Below are positions 28,946 to 40,959 of a DNA stretch of 64,000 bases, piece after piece. The notes under the pieces are model-generated. The model saw nothing but the letters and a program-made list of their open reading frames with translations, did no database searches and was not told the origin of the DNA. A program made the translations under genes and the position numbers. Each line of letters starts with the position of its first letter. Position 1 is the stretch's first letter. Source of the DNA: Macrostomum lignano (taxonomy: Eukaryota). The DNA lies in the NCBI GenBank assembly GCA_002269645.1, contig NIVC01000302.1:626303-690302 (forward strand), given 5' to 3'.

Positions 28946-29729
28946 CTACCGTAGAAGGGTGGTGTACAGATAGGAATTATATGTTGTCGGTATGAAATAG
29001 AAACTTTTAGACAAACAAATATTGGCTGGGCTCACTACAGTAGCTTAAGGGCGCTAAAAATTATAATTCTACTTATCTAAAAATTAAACAAAAGCAAATT
29101 CTGCAACACTGAACAACGTTGCCAAACGCCGAACCATAGGCTATTGCTTCTGCATCTGTATACATGTATTAAATTTTCAAGTAAATAACTAATTTCAGAC
29201 AAGGCTCATCCCTCTCAATCGCTTGAGACCTATATCTGCTCAGGCGCAAGCAGCTCTAATAGTGCAATAACAGATCAATAGTATTATCAAAGGCAAAAAA
29301 GCAACAAAAAACACACAAACAGAAAGTTAATGACGACAAATAAGATAGAAACTCCATTTAACAAACAATATTTACGGTTATAAATAGGCAGCTCTCGCAT
29401 ACAGTGTTGATAAAGTTTGACCAATAACCGCAAAAAAGATAGCAAAGTTTATTAATGGGGGAAGCCAAAATATGGGGCCATTGGAAAACTGTACTGCAAC
29501 TCATTATTAAGGCAGCCAGCCAATCTTTCAGCTGGGTAAAACAGACGGTGCTCGGGTTGACAGCCAACGATCGCTACAGAAGTAATATGAGACACATTGT
29601 TTCTTAGAACTTTTGACGGCTTAAGTTTTTCTTGGAAAGTACACTAGCACTTTAGTGAAATAGAACTTCATCAACTTCGAATTGTTTACTGTACTTGAAA
29701 AATTTTGTTGAAAATATGTCGCAAATCCA

Positions 29730-30100
29730 CGTTGAAAATGGTACCTAGACCAAAAAGCATCCCAGAGTAATTGCAGGTAACACAGGTAAAATAGGACAGA
29801 AGTGACTCTAGACGACTCTAAAACGACGAGATGTTACAATACAAGTTTCCAAAAAGTCGCGTTAGATTCTATTTGAGCCGTTTTATTGTTTGCGACTGCT
29901 GACAATGCGACTTGCGACTGTCGAGTTTGAGAGTTAGTAGAACGTTAAGCGCCAACACAACGACTCTTGGACGACTCTGCAATTTACGTCATGCGCAACT
30001 CAACAGTCGCCTCTACGTCGCATTGCACGGTCGTTTGAGTCGTTAAAAAGTCACAAGAGTCGCGCTATAGATAGCGATTCTTCAGAATTCGGAGGTGAGC
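29730..30100. mobile_element. Dispersed repeat; uninterrupted paralog of the element hosting the foldback insertion
   Basis: Seen: GAAAATGGTACCTAGACCAAAAAGCATCCCAGAG..TTGCAGGTAACACAG.TAAAATAGGA.AGAAGTGACTCTAGA.GACTCTAAAACGAC matches 23836-23859 joined to 24588-24660. The right boundary is approximate. Confidence 0.75.
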
Positions 30101-30396
30101 CTTGGGAATCACCCGGTAGTTTCTATTGAACAGAATAGTAGTCACGTGACTGCTCTCAGCCAATAGTGACTTACACGCGTATTGCCAATAGAAACAGCCG
30201 GGTGAATCCCTAGGTTTCCCGTTAAATAAAATGCCCCGTCCTACTTCTAGCGATCATTGGTGACAAAAAGACAAAGAATAAACACAAACATAAAAATCAA
30301 AAGCGACAGGGTCTGTTCCGGCAGCAAACAAAGTAAATTGGGCTGTTTAAATCGCCGAAAACAGAGAGTACACCAGTAGTATATAATTTCAGTAGT

Positions 30397-32115
30397 CTAC
30401 CACAGGAACTTGAAGTAGACGTAAGCGAACAGCAGCAGCAGTACAATGCAAAACACGGCGTATTTGGCGTATACTGAGCGCAAATTTAAATAAGCTGCGT
30501 CGTCGCGATATTTCTTAGACAGCGAGGACAGATGGCTGGCCTTGTCGTCAAGGGCGGTCAGCGATTCGCCTCTAGCCAGCACTTCGTCCATGTTCTCAAC
30601 CATGATTCGTTGAACGTCCTGCAGTTCCACGCCAATCTGGCTGAGATTTCGCGAGGCTCTGCTGTCTGTGTAGTTTTTCCTGGCCTTCTTGATGTACTGC
30701 TCAAACTCGATGAAATGATAGGGCCGGGTCACCGACTCCACCTTCGCTCCGTACTGGTTAACGAACTCAGCCTGAATGTCGTCTAAGAAGGCGAATGCCA
30801 AGCGCTTTGAGAAGTTCTTCTCGACTAGGATCAGATAGCAGATACCGCGATCCATTAGGTAGCTGGACAGGGAGGGGGCGATCGACAGTGTAATAAGAGT
30901 GCACTCATTCCCCAATCCACTTGTTTAATAAGAGTGCACTCATTCACCAATCCACTTATTTAATAAGAGTGCACTCATTCACCAAACCACTTGTTTAATA
31001 AGAGTGCACTCATTCACCAATCCACTTGTTTAATAAGAGTGCACTCATTCACCAATCCACTTGTTTAATAAGAGTGCACTCATTCACCAATCCACTTATT
31101 TAATAAGAGTGCACTCATTCACCAAACCACTTGTTTAATAAGAGTGCACTCATTCACCAATCCACTTGTTTAATAAGAGTGCACTCATTCACCAATCCAC
31201 TTGTTTAATAAGAGTGCACTCATTCACCAATCCACTTGTTTAATAAGAGTGCACTCATTCACCAATCCACTTATTTAATAAGAGTGCACTCATTCACCAA
31301 TCCACTTATTTAATAAGAGTGCACTCATTCACCAATCCACTTGTTTAATAAGAGTGCACTCATTCACCAATCCACTTATTTAATAAGAGTGCACTCATTC
31401 ACCAATCCACTTATTTAATAAGAGTGCACTCATTCACCAACCCACTTGTTTAATAAGAGTGCACTCATTCATCAACCCACTTGTTTAATAAGAGTGCACT
31501 CATTCACCAACCCACTTGTTTAATAAGAGTGCACTCATTCACCAATCCACTTGTTTAATAAGAGTGCACTCATTCACCAATCCACTTGTTTAATAAGAGT
31601 GCACTCATTCACCAATCCACTTATTTAATAAGAGTGCACTCATTCACCAAACCACTTGTTTAATAAGAGTGCACTCATTCACCAATCCACTTGTTTAATA
31701 AGAGTGCACTCATTCACCAATCCACTTGTTTAATAAGAGTGCACTCATTCATCAACCCACTTGTTTAATAAGAGTGCACTCATTCACCAATCCACTCGTT
31801 AAATGAGATTGCGCCCAATCAACAACCGGCTAATTTGACTATTTACGTATTCTCCAGTCAATTAGCTCAACAATTTATTTATTCACCCACTTGACCAACA
31901 TATTTCAGGCATAAAGAATCTGACATTCCCGATTATTTTTGTTTGATAATCGTGATTAAAATCGAGCATAAGCATAATCATAACCGCCAAAAGCGCTGAA
32001 CTCACTGAAATATATAAGGCCCAGATTCCAGGCTGCATCGGGAAGGCGAGGAGACATTGAGCCTGCGAAACAGCTGTTTAGCCTTGCTCTGGTACTCCTG
32101 CAGATTAGGTGCCCT
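30397..32115 (-). CDS. SEC22B: Vesicle-trafficking longin R-SNARE Sec22 (partial: exons 2-3)
   Basis: Exon 32115-32006 ([37 protein letters not shown], tttag| to CA|gtgagt) splices in phase 2 to exon 30862-30397 ([26 protein letters not shown]...RPYHFIEF...[21 protein letters not shown]...TM anchor...FKFLW*). Known: matches Sec22b longin + R-SNARE + TM. The first ~25 codons were not located. Confidence 0.93.
30885..31800. repeat. 35-bp minisatellite (~26 copies) in the Sec22 intron
   Basis: Seen: AAGAGTGCACTCATTCACCAATCCACTTGTTTAAT. Confidence 0.97.
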
Positions 32116-32329
32116 CTAAAAAAGATAAAAGTACAATACTGTAAACAGGCTGTTAGCAGTTCCGCCGTAGCTACGGATATAGCTACGGAGGTTTTTAGAC
32201 AGACATTACAGATACGGGTATAGTTATAGGAACATACATTTCCCATATCTAGTTCCGGTATCTAGGGCACTCAATAACTTAATTTCAGAAATGAATAAAT
32301 GTTGCCCAGCTTCAAAGCTTTTGTGAGGG

Positions 32330-35300
32330 GAGTTCTCAAGTCTCTCGGGTTGAGGATTCAAGCAAAGATTTTCGACGCCACAATGCCCATTGTGTGGTAA
32401 GAATGGTAGGGAAGGGACTAATTTTAAGTTGAAAATTTTCATTTTTAATATGAGCAGAGCTCTTAAGTCCCTGGGGTTGGGGACTCAAGCAACAGAGATG
32501 TTTGACACCACATGTATGTATATTGTGGTTGGGATGGTAGGGGCTAAAGTTAGGATGAATGTTTTTACTTTCAATGCAAGGCAGCTCTTAAGTCCCTAGA
32601 GTTGAAGATTCAAGCAATAGACTTTGACAACATATGCATACTGTGGTTGGGATAGTAGGGGCTAAAGTTACAATGAATGAAGCCAATGAGGAAGCTGCCT
32701 AGCATTTGCCACCATCAAAGAAAGCAAGACTGCAAACAATTCTTCAGGAGGCTTTTGCTGCCAAATCTTCTTAGGAACCAACTGACAAGCAGGCCATTGC
32801 TCTCAAAGAATATATTGGTAAGCATTGGAGATTTTGTTACTTTATTTACTTGAACATTAGGTGAAGAGATCTAAGAGGGGAGAGGGGCAAGAGAGGAAAG
32901 AGGAAAGAAAAGAAGGGGGGAAGAGAATAAGGGGGAAAGAGAAAGAAAAAAGACAACAGTCAAAAATGTGATTAAGTTGATAGGAATTGATTGAGACAAA
33001 TGCATTTGGCACAATCTGCAGAATACTATTCATAGCTGCATTCTTGTAATTATAAAAGCCTATTTAATGAATAGCACCAAAGGCTCATTTATAGGATTTG
33101 ATATATAGTATGGACTATTTATTAAGTAATAAACCATAAGGCTAACAAATTTTAAATGAGTACTGATTGTTACTCAAAAGAAATTATTCATTTAAATATA
33201 ATAAAATTTAATATATAAAAAATGTTTGAGTTTTATATTTAGTGCCTATATAATTAGTATAATTAATATATTAACAACACATTACTTAACTAAGAAACTT
33301 GTGAATTCTGAGTTGTAACTAATGGCTCTTACTATCAATTATTATTTTAAATTGTTAATAAGCAAACTAAGATACCTAAATGCTATATACTAAAAATAGT
33401 TACAATACTACTTAGCGATCAAAGCTAAAGCTATATTGAATTCATAAGTAATCATAATGAATAACAAGTTTGATTTAAAAAGAAGCTTTCATTTTTTTAA
33501 TTCTCTAAAGTAAATATATATAAAACCTAGTCTAGCTAAGACTAAGTTATTGGCTAAAAATGCTGAGCTAGCCAAGCAAGGCCCTAAATCATAAAATTGA
33601 AGGCAAAAAACAATAAAGATACAAGGCAAAAATTATTTTGAAAAAAAAGAAAATAGAGATTAGGTTAAAATCATACTAATGTTTATACTATAAGATTCTA
33701 GGATCTTAGAGTTAGACTTAACTAAATTGCAACTAGAAACAAATAATATGTAACCATGCCAAACTAAGTTGCTTAGTTGTAACTAGACCTAATTAGGCTA
33801 TATTCTAAGTTTTTTATGCATAAGGTATTGGGGTATTTTTTATGCAAAAAATTTTCTGTCTTGAACTTTTTAAGGTTTTTAATTTAAAAAAAAATAATAA
33901 ATTAAAATAAATTAAATTAAACTTTTTAATAAGAGTAACCCTCAATCTTAAAGAGCGGCCAATATGTATTAAAAAAAATTCTTTTTCAGTAGCTACCACA
34001 TATGCAAACACACTTTTGTAATTTAATTTCATTTAAAAAATTCAAATTAAAAACTCTGACTTTTCAATCAATCAATTGATCTTTTTTTCATCTGATCAAT
34101 GATTATATTCATAGCAGCTGTGCTTATAAGCTCCAATATTAGACACAGCCACCCACTGTGTCTCTAAGTGTGAACCCATTCAATATTAATGACATGGCCA
34201 CCCATTGTGTCTTTAAGTGTGAACCCATTTAATATTAACAACATGGCTACCCACCGTGTCTCTAAGTATGAACCTATTCAATATTAATGACACGGCTACT
34301 GTGCAAAGTTTCATTGACACAGCAGCCATGTCTCTAATAGTGACTAGGTCTATACTTATAGACATGGCAGCCATGTCTATAATGCAAAAACTTAGAGACA
34401 TGGTGGCCATGTCTATAAGTATGGGCCTAGTTGTGCTATTAGAGACATAGCTGCCATGTCTATAAGTTTTTGCATTATAGACACAGTCGCCATGTCTCTA
34501 AGTGCAGCATTAAATACAGTCTTATAACTGATTTTTAAGCCTTATTTGCATTACCTTAAAATAAGATCCAGACAACAAGACAAGAGGTCAAGCCTCAAGT
34601 ATACTTTGGACTTAAACATAATAAAATATAGATGTCTATATTCTTAGTTTTTTAAAATAAGAGAAATTGCATTCTAAGCCTTAAAATTGTACCTTGAAAT
34701 TGGGTAAGACCTACAAGGTGCAATTTTATACATTGTTTCTAGCAAAAACCCATTTCTATATTTCTGTAGAAAAACATTTTTATGGAAAAACCAAGCCACA
34801 TAAGTAATATATATATAAATCAAAGAAGTTAAACCCTAGCTAGGCTAGGCCTAGACTAGAGCAAAGATACAAAGGCCTTTTTATGGCAAAATATATAATT
34901 ATCCTTTTACTAAAAGCTTTTTGCTGATATTATAAAATATTTGCTCTATGATTCCACTATGGATTGATTGATACAAGTACAAATAATAATTAATATGTAC
35001 TTTAATAATCAAAATTATAGCTTAGAAGTGCAATAAAATTGACCTAGTTCCTCGCAGTTTGATAAATAAAAAAGAGTCTTAAAACAGTTTAACTCACATC
35101 TTCTTCTTGCAAGGAAGCTGCCAAAGGCAAACCATCTGTAATTCTGGCTATCATAGTTAGAAGAATCATTTTGAAGCCTTTGTCTTTGGGAGTTGTGGGC
35201 AGCTAAATCAAGAGTTGGATTAGAGACTGAAAGAAAAAATAAATGAGCTTGGTAAAAATAGAAAATCAATGTCAAATTTGCAATGGCAGCCAATGAAATT

Positions 35301-35360
35301 TTGAAACTAAATTTAAAATTACTACAGAGAGAATGGATAGATAGATGTAGGGGGTGATGA
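32330..35360. mobile_element. Heavily decayed AT-rich element, probably an old DNA transposon; class unresolved
   Basis: Seen: three ~130-bp direct repeats at 32340-32665, palindrome-like GACAYRGC..CCRTGTC subrepeats at 34140-34510, and near-absence of CpG. TE identity is inferred. Confidence 0.45.
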
Positions 35361-38300
35361 TGTCCGACCGGCGACGTGTAAATGTTTCGAAGTAAAAATA
35401 AGTTTAAAGTTATCGAACAGATAAACGCAGCTAAACACAGCCAATCAAATTAATCGATAGTTAAACACAATATATATAAATTTCTATTGCTAAACTTATA
35501 AAAAACTATTTTTAACTTAAAAGTTATGTGTCTACTTCTTGGGGTTGAACTAGGCTAGGCCTACACTATCAATGTATTGGAAATTTTGTAGAGTGCGGTG
35601 CGACGGGCATTCACTTTGCTAGTTCAGGGTTTTTCTTATACTCATGTCATGTTTTACTCCTGATGAGACAGAATATAATGTACTGAATGAATTTTCACGA
35701 CTACAAGTAAAATGCTGATGGAAATTCTCAGGCCCATATGGATGCATGTATCTCTATTCCTATCTCACATTTGAAATTCCCCTAAATTTGTACTGTTCCC
35801 AGTATTATTATTATTTCGTTGTTTGCTTTTGGGATTGAGTAGACTACAAGTTTCTTGCAAGAATTCCTAGCTAATCGATGGATTCCTGTGAGTCCGAGAT
35901 TAATTTGCTCGGAGATCTATGGAATCGAATGCGCCTTTTAACGCCTAAAACGATCTGATGGGTTTCGACCTTTCGGCCCCCTTGTGGGGAAGCCTTCGGG
36001 CCTCAGGCCTCAGAAATAAATCAATTAGAGTCCTGGCCCCCCACTCCTGTCAGATGGTCAGCCCCATGGTAGCTTGATCGTGTGGCCAGCAGTCTAGGTC
36101 CTATAGCCAAGAGAGGGACAGCGAGAGACAAGCAGGGAGAATTTTGAAGGTAGAAATTAGCTAATCCGCAGATCAACTAACTTGCTGCCACCAGCCCGTA
36201 CGCCCTGGCTCACCACACCGGGGCTCTCGAAATCGGGCTTCCGACTAGAAGGGGCTTTGCACTTGCCTGCCAACTGGTGTCTTTTTGCTGTCAATCTCGA
36301 AGTCATAGCCGATGATAAGGGACACTGCTGGGACTAGATCGCATTGGCCATGCAGGTACAGAGGGGACTTGTGCAGGGGATTCTTGCAGTGGCGAGTCTA
36401 TGGGGTAGCTACATGTACTATTATTACATTGCTAAATACGAAGATTTGTACTTTTGGCCTTCAACGCGCCAACTAGCCTCTCATAGCGCTGATGATAGAC
36501 TAACTCGAACTTCAGAGACCGCATGATTCATTACCCGAGCCGCTTGGCTAACCTAGAGTGCACAAAGTACATCTCTGGCGCCGATTCTGCACTTTTGGCA
36601 GTTTCGCTAACTGATTTGATAGATTGATCGACTGAGAACTGCCTTGCCATTGGTCCACTGTGACCGGTGCCTACTAGCTTAGCTACTCATCTGAGCCATC
36701 GGCGAACAAAGAAATAAAACCGATAAAAATAACTGTTAGATTTAACCTTCTCCTTAGATCACTTCACACCTCAGATTGAATTGGAGTTTCAGACTACTAG
36801 CAGTATTATTAAGTGATCTCTGCCTCAGTAACAGCCCTACTGAACAAAATGAGCAAAAGTGTGCGCCTAATTCAGCTACTGAAACAGGGGACAGACAGGG
36901 AATCACCCAATCAAGCAAGGCTAGGTAGCCTCTCACCCAACCAATCAGAAACTCAACAGCCGGAGACCAGGTAATCCACAGTGACCGAATCGGCTTGATG
37001 CTTCGCAGCTGTAGACTCGGGATGATGCAGTCACAGTCTTCGCAGATAGCTAGCAGGTGATGCTCTTCGCTTAATGTTCGCTGCTGGTGACTGGGGGATT
37101 CGTCCTTGATGATGATGGGGGGAAGTCGCAATCCGGGGATCAAGAAACGACGGTCAGTTCCTGGCCGGTGGAGCAGGAACGAGGTTGGGCGAAGCGCAGC
37201 GTCGCGAAGCGGTTCGCCGCGGATTTCAGCGGTCCGTGCGGGCCAAAAACTCCGGTTTAAATAGCCGCCAACTGGACCGCAGTTTGTTATAATGGAACAC
37301 GTCGATTCTGATTCGCTGAGCCGTTTTGTTAAAATGAGCGCCGAATTTTCTGATTGGCTAAGCTTGTTGCTACCCAGAATCACGTGACCGAGAGATCCTA
37401 TCAGTTCCCACAGGGTCGTAAAAAGATGACAGGTGCGGCCATAAATCACTCAAAATCGCAACAAAATGATTTATGACTTTTCGCGTAGGATTGACAGAAA
37501 TTAATGAAAAAATATACATTAGAAAGCTCTTATTAAATAGAAGGTGAAGGTAATGAAGAGAAACTGCTAATCGCTAATCCCAAAGTACTTTTAGGGGTAA
37601 AACGCATGGCTGTCAAAGCTGTCACACGCTTGAGTGAACCCGAACAATAGGCTCTGACCTCATAATTCTTGATGGCCTGTCAAAATGATGAGAAAAAAGC
37701 TACCGCCCGCATCCTCTCAGACCATCTGGCGCCCGCCTCAACACTGAGTGAGGCGCAGGTGGCTGTCAGACCAGCTTCGAAAGCGATGATTTACGACCCA
37801 AAAAGCTGCGCCTATGTTATTATGACTACTAGTATGACCAAACATTATATCTAGTATAGATTCTATGACAATTCGCAGAAAAAGGATAAAAATGCCCATT
37901 GCCCACTGTTAGTAGGCAAGTAAGTTTAGAGCCCATGTGCTAGCGCGGGATTTGGGAAAAAGTGTGTCCTCATCAGATCACTATATTGGTTTCAATTTTT
38001 CGGTGTCAAGCAAACACTAATGTGTGGCTTAGCTCTTTTAGAATCTTTCGTAGTTAATATTATGTAGAAATTTGAACAGGCATAGTCCTTAATTTTTAGA
38101 TTTGCCATCAAATCAAAAAGCGGAATCTCACAGTCTAGACATCAAGGACCACTGTATGTAGCTATATATACAGTGGTCCTTGAGTCTAGACACAGAGATC
38201 CATATGATATATGTATATTTATCTAAATGGTAAACAAATCTAAATGCTATCATTTTTAGTACTACGTGTTACAATCGAATATCAGTCTTCTCAAAAGCTC

Positions 38301-38559
38301 AAAATTTTGTTAACCAATTTACACGCTACCAAAGTATTGCTGTATAGTACTCTCTACAACACTTGTACCTGCAAAACGTCAGTTCTGATACAAGTCTGAC
38401 TTTGAGCTAGTTATATAAAGTCACTATTTTTCACATAAGAGACAAAATTTATATTTCAGCATTAGCATTATTAAATATATTTCCGTGAAGGCGATTTTCG
38501 TGACTCAGGCAACTCAAGCAGTGTTTCCTGCATAGATCTATAAGCTGTTTATTGTCAAA

Positions 38560-39312
38560 CTAGTCAAAGGGAGAGACGCATTCGCAGAGGACACCGAATG
38601 CCTCTCTTGAAGTGTCCAGCAGGTCGGACAGTTTTGGATAGCCTTTGTAACGGACAGTCACATTCTGACTCGGGTTGTCGTTTGGCTCTCTGCAACACCA
38701 GAGAGTTGAGTCGATCGGGAGACCGCAGCTCGCCCAGATCCAGCCTCCATCCGGCTCCGCACTGCCTGCTGGCTGCACACCTCCGAGAAACGTACCCGTG
38801 CTCGAACGGTCGCAAAGCATGTCGATGTGGCTCATCTCGGCTGCATCCATCGCATCGGCCATGATCACCAAGCCGGGCTCGCTGTCGCACTTGGCCTTGC
38901 TCGGCTTCCAGAACTCAATTCCGGGGTACAGCTTGTACTTTGTCCCACACAAGTCGTCGCCATAGCCAGCGGGACACAGAGTGCCAGCTCGAAGTCGTTG
39001 GTCCTCACGACGGACGAACACGCGACCTCGCGAGCTGCAGTCGCAGTCGCGCACTCGCTTGCTGCACCGATCGAACACGAACAGCCGACAGACACGGGAA
39101 CTCGTGGCCGTCTCCATGGTGAACGCCTTGCACAGGGGCCCCGCAATGCATTGAGAGGCGCATTCAATTTTCGAATCGGCATTCGGCAGGTCTCGAGTGA
39201 ACTCGTCTCGGATGCACAAGAAGCCGTCCACCACGTTGAACTCTTCCAATTTTGAAGTCACTTTTTCAAATATTGTCGCAGTCAGCAGACAGATGAGTAG
39301 TATTTTCTTCAT
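38560..39312 (-). CDS. Secreted PAN/apple-domain + C-type lectin-like protein (lectin A), intronless, 250 aa
   Basis: Seen: hydrophobic N-terminus (MKKILLICLLTATIF), PAN-like ECASQCIAGPLCKAFTMET...CRLF, then a CTLD-like region: WKPSKAKC, TFLGGVQP...GGWIW, LWCCREPND, VLCEC. Confidence 0.8.
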   Translation of the reverse strand: MKKILLICLLTATIFEKVTSKLEEFNVVDGFLCIRDEFTRDLPNADSKIECASQCIAGPLCKAFTMETATSSRVCRLFVFDRCSKRVRDCDCSSRGRVFVRREDQRLRAGTLCPAGYGDDLCGTKYKLYPGIEFWKPSKAKCDSEPGLVIMADAMDAAEMSHIDMLCDRSSTGTFLGGVQPAGSAEPDGGWIWASCGLPIDSTLWCCREPNDNPSQNVTVRYKGYPKLSDLLDTSREAFGVLCECVSPFD

Positions 39313-39863
39313 TGTAAACTGTTTAGGATAGCATCAGGCTGATCCCCTGCGCATTCGTCATATTCGAGCTGCTTAAATACATTGAATGCAATTAAAAGTC
39401 ACCAAACGACAGGTAATGACAGTCAATAATTAAAATCAACACTTCGGACAATGATGACGAAGGAATTCGATAAATATTGGCTCCTCATTAATTATTTTCT
39501 ATTTTAGAGTCGTTGAATCGTTTTTATTGAAACGGACGCAAGTATCGGTCTGTAGACACTGTTTTTTTGTGAGTAGTTTGCTCATCAATTAGCATTAATG
39601 GAATAGGAAAAGTCGATTGTTTACCGTATCCTAGTCAAGGATTTGATGGCATGCGTAGCTTCGAAATCCATTTACTAGCTTTTACATTTGCTCGTTCCTA
39701 TACTGTCGAACGTCTCAGTCGCATTCGTAAAGTCTACAGTCAATTTCTAGCTTGCATTCCATCATTAAGGCTTCCGGATTGAATATTAATCTTTTGATAT
39801 GTTTTGCCTTTTTTATAGCTCTTATTGATATTGATAAAGCTTTTTGTTTAGAAAATTAGGGTT

Positions 39864-40721
39864 TGTCACGTTATTGGCGTAGTGGCTAGGACCCTTAAAA
39901 GGGCCGTTTGACGAGAATATTGTCGTAAGTCGTTGTAGTCCCAAAATGAATCGAAGTCAATTCTTGCAAAACGGATTGTGTAGCGGAGCACTTGGCGTAT
40001 AAGGGCAGGAAACTGCCGTAGTTAATTTATTGTTGAGATCAATATTAGAACTGGTTAATGTCAATACAAAACTTATTGCGCTTTGAGACACTGGCGGCTG
40101 CAACAATGGTTTTGAAGGTAATTTAGAATGATGAAGTCGAGTAGCAGACGAAGGATACAATGGTGACGTAACGTGGTGGGTGATGGCGATGAGCACAGTG
40201 GAAGCAGTGAGTAGCAAGTATACGGGCAGATAAGTAGCGGCGAGAATGGCGTTAGCCGTGGCAGTACACAGTGGAGTAACGGTGTATAAACAGGCGGGCC
40301 CAGACAGAGGAGCCGTGGCGAGAGATAAGGAGGCTCGAGGCAGCCAGGCGAGAGAAGGAAAACGAGACGAAAACGCAAGGGCCGCAAGGGAGCAAAGAGA
40401 AAGCAAAGAGAAAGCCAAGTGAAGGCCCCCCAGGCCACCGCCAGGCGGGGGTTAATAAAGGGGCGCAGAAGGGTTAGCATAAAACACGGAGAGTTTTCAT
40501 TGGCTGGCGGGAGAACTTGAAATTATCGATCGTGCTAGATTTTACAGACGAACGCAAGGTTTACCAAATACACAGTGAATTAGCAATTGATACAGATTAG
40601 TTGCACGCCACTACAAGTAAACGTTAAAATAAACTATTGGAGAAATTTAAGTGAGAAATTGCAAGGGAAACTACAGTCCAACGGCCCTTTTGCGGGACCT
40701 CCTTAAACTAGCAACGTCACA
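39864..40721. mobile_element. 858-bp TGT...ACA element with 4-bp TSD GGTT (solo LTR or Ginger-like non-autonomous transposon)
   Basis: Seen: GGTT|TGTCACGTT ... AACGTCACA|GGTT. The subterminal motif AAAAGGGCCGTT is inverted as AACGGCCCTTTT at the other end. Internal AATAAA; no credible ORF. Confidence 0.75.
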
Positions 40722-40767
40722 GGTTTTATGTTAATTTTTTAGTTTGCGTATAATTGCATATGTCCCG

Positions 40768-40959
40768 TTTTTTTCGGGGGGGGGGGTGGTTTCACAAGGT
40801 CGAAATTTCACAACGTGGAAAACTTAATATAACAAAAACCATGCAGTATTTTTCTACATTTTGAAATTTTGAGCTTATGAAGTTTCGACCTTGTGAAAGA
40901 AGGTGCTTTCGACGTTGTGAAATTTTGAGCTTATGAAAACCCCCCCCCCAAAAAAAAAA
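40768..40959. mobile_element. Short MITE related to the foldback element at 23860-24578
   Basis: Seen: T-run/G-run TGGTTTCACAAG ... CTTATGAAAA C-run/A-run inverted ends; shares GAAATTTCACAACGT and CGACGTTGTGAAATTT.GAGCTTATGAAA with the foldback arms. Confidence 0.7.

Noticed and set aside
30863-30915. ORF-track start [10 protein letters not shown] for Sec22
   Set aside because: Intronic repeat-edge sequence; the real junction is the phase-2 acceptor at 30862 joined to exon 32115-32006.
35950-36015. Hammerhead-ribozyme-like motif on the minus strand (GGCC-GAAA-GGTC-GAAAC)
   Set aside because: A stem II and GAAA are present, but there is no CUGANGA directly 5' of the stem and I could not form stem III with a cleavage triplet. 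An Infernal search with hammerhead models would settle it.
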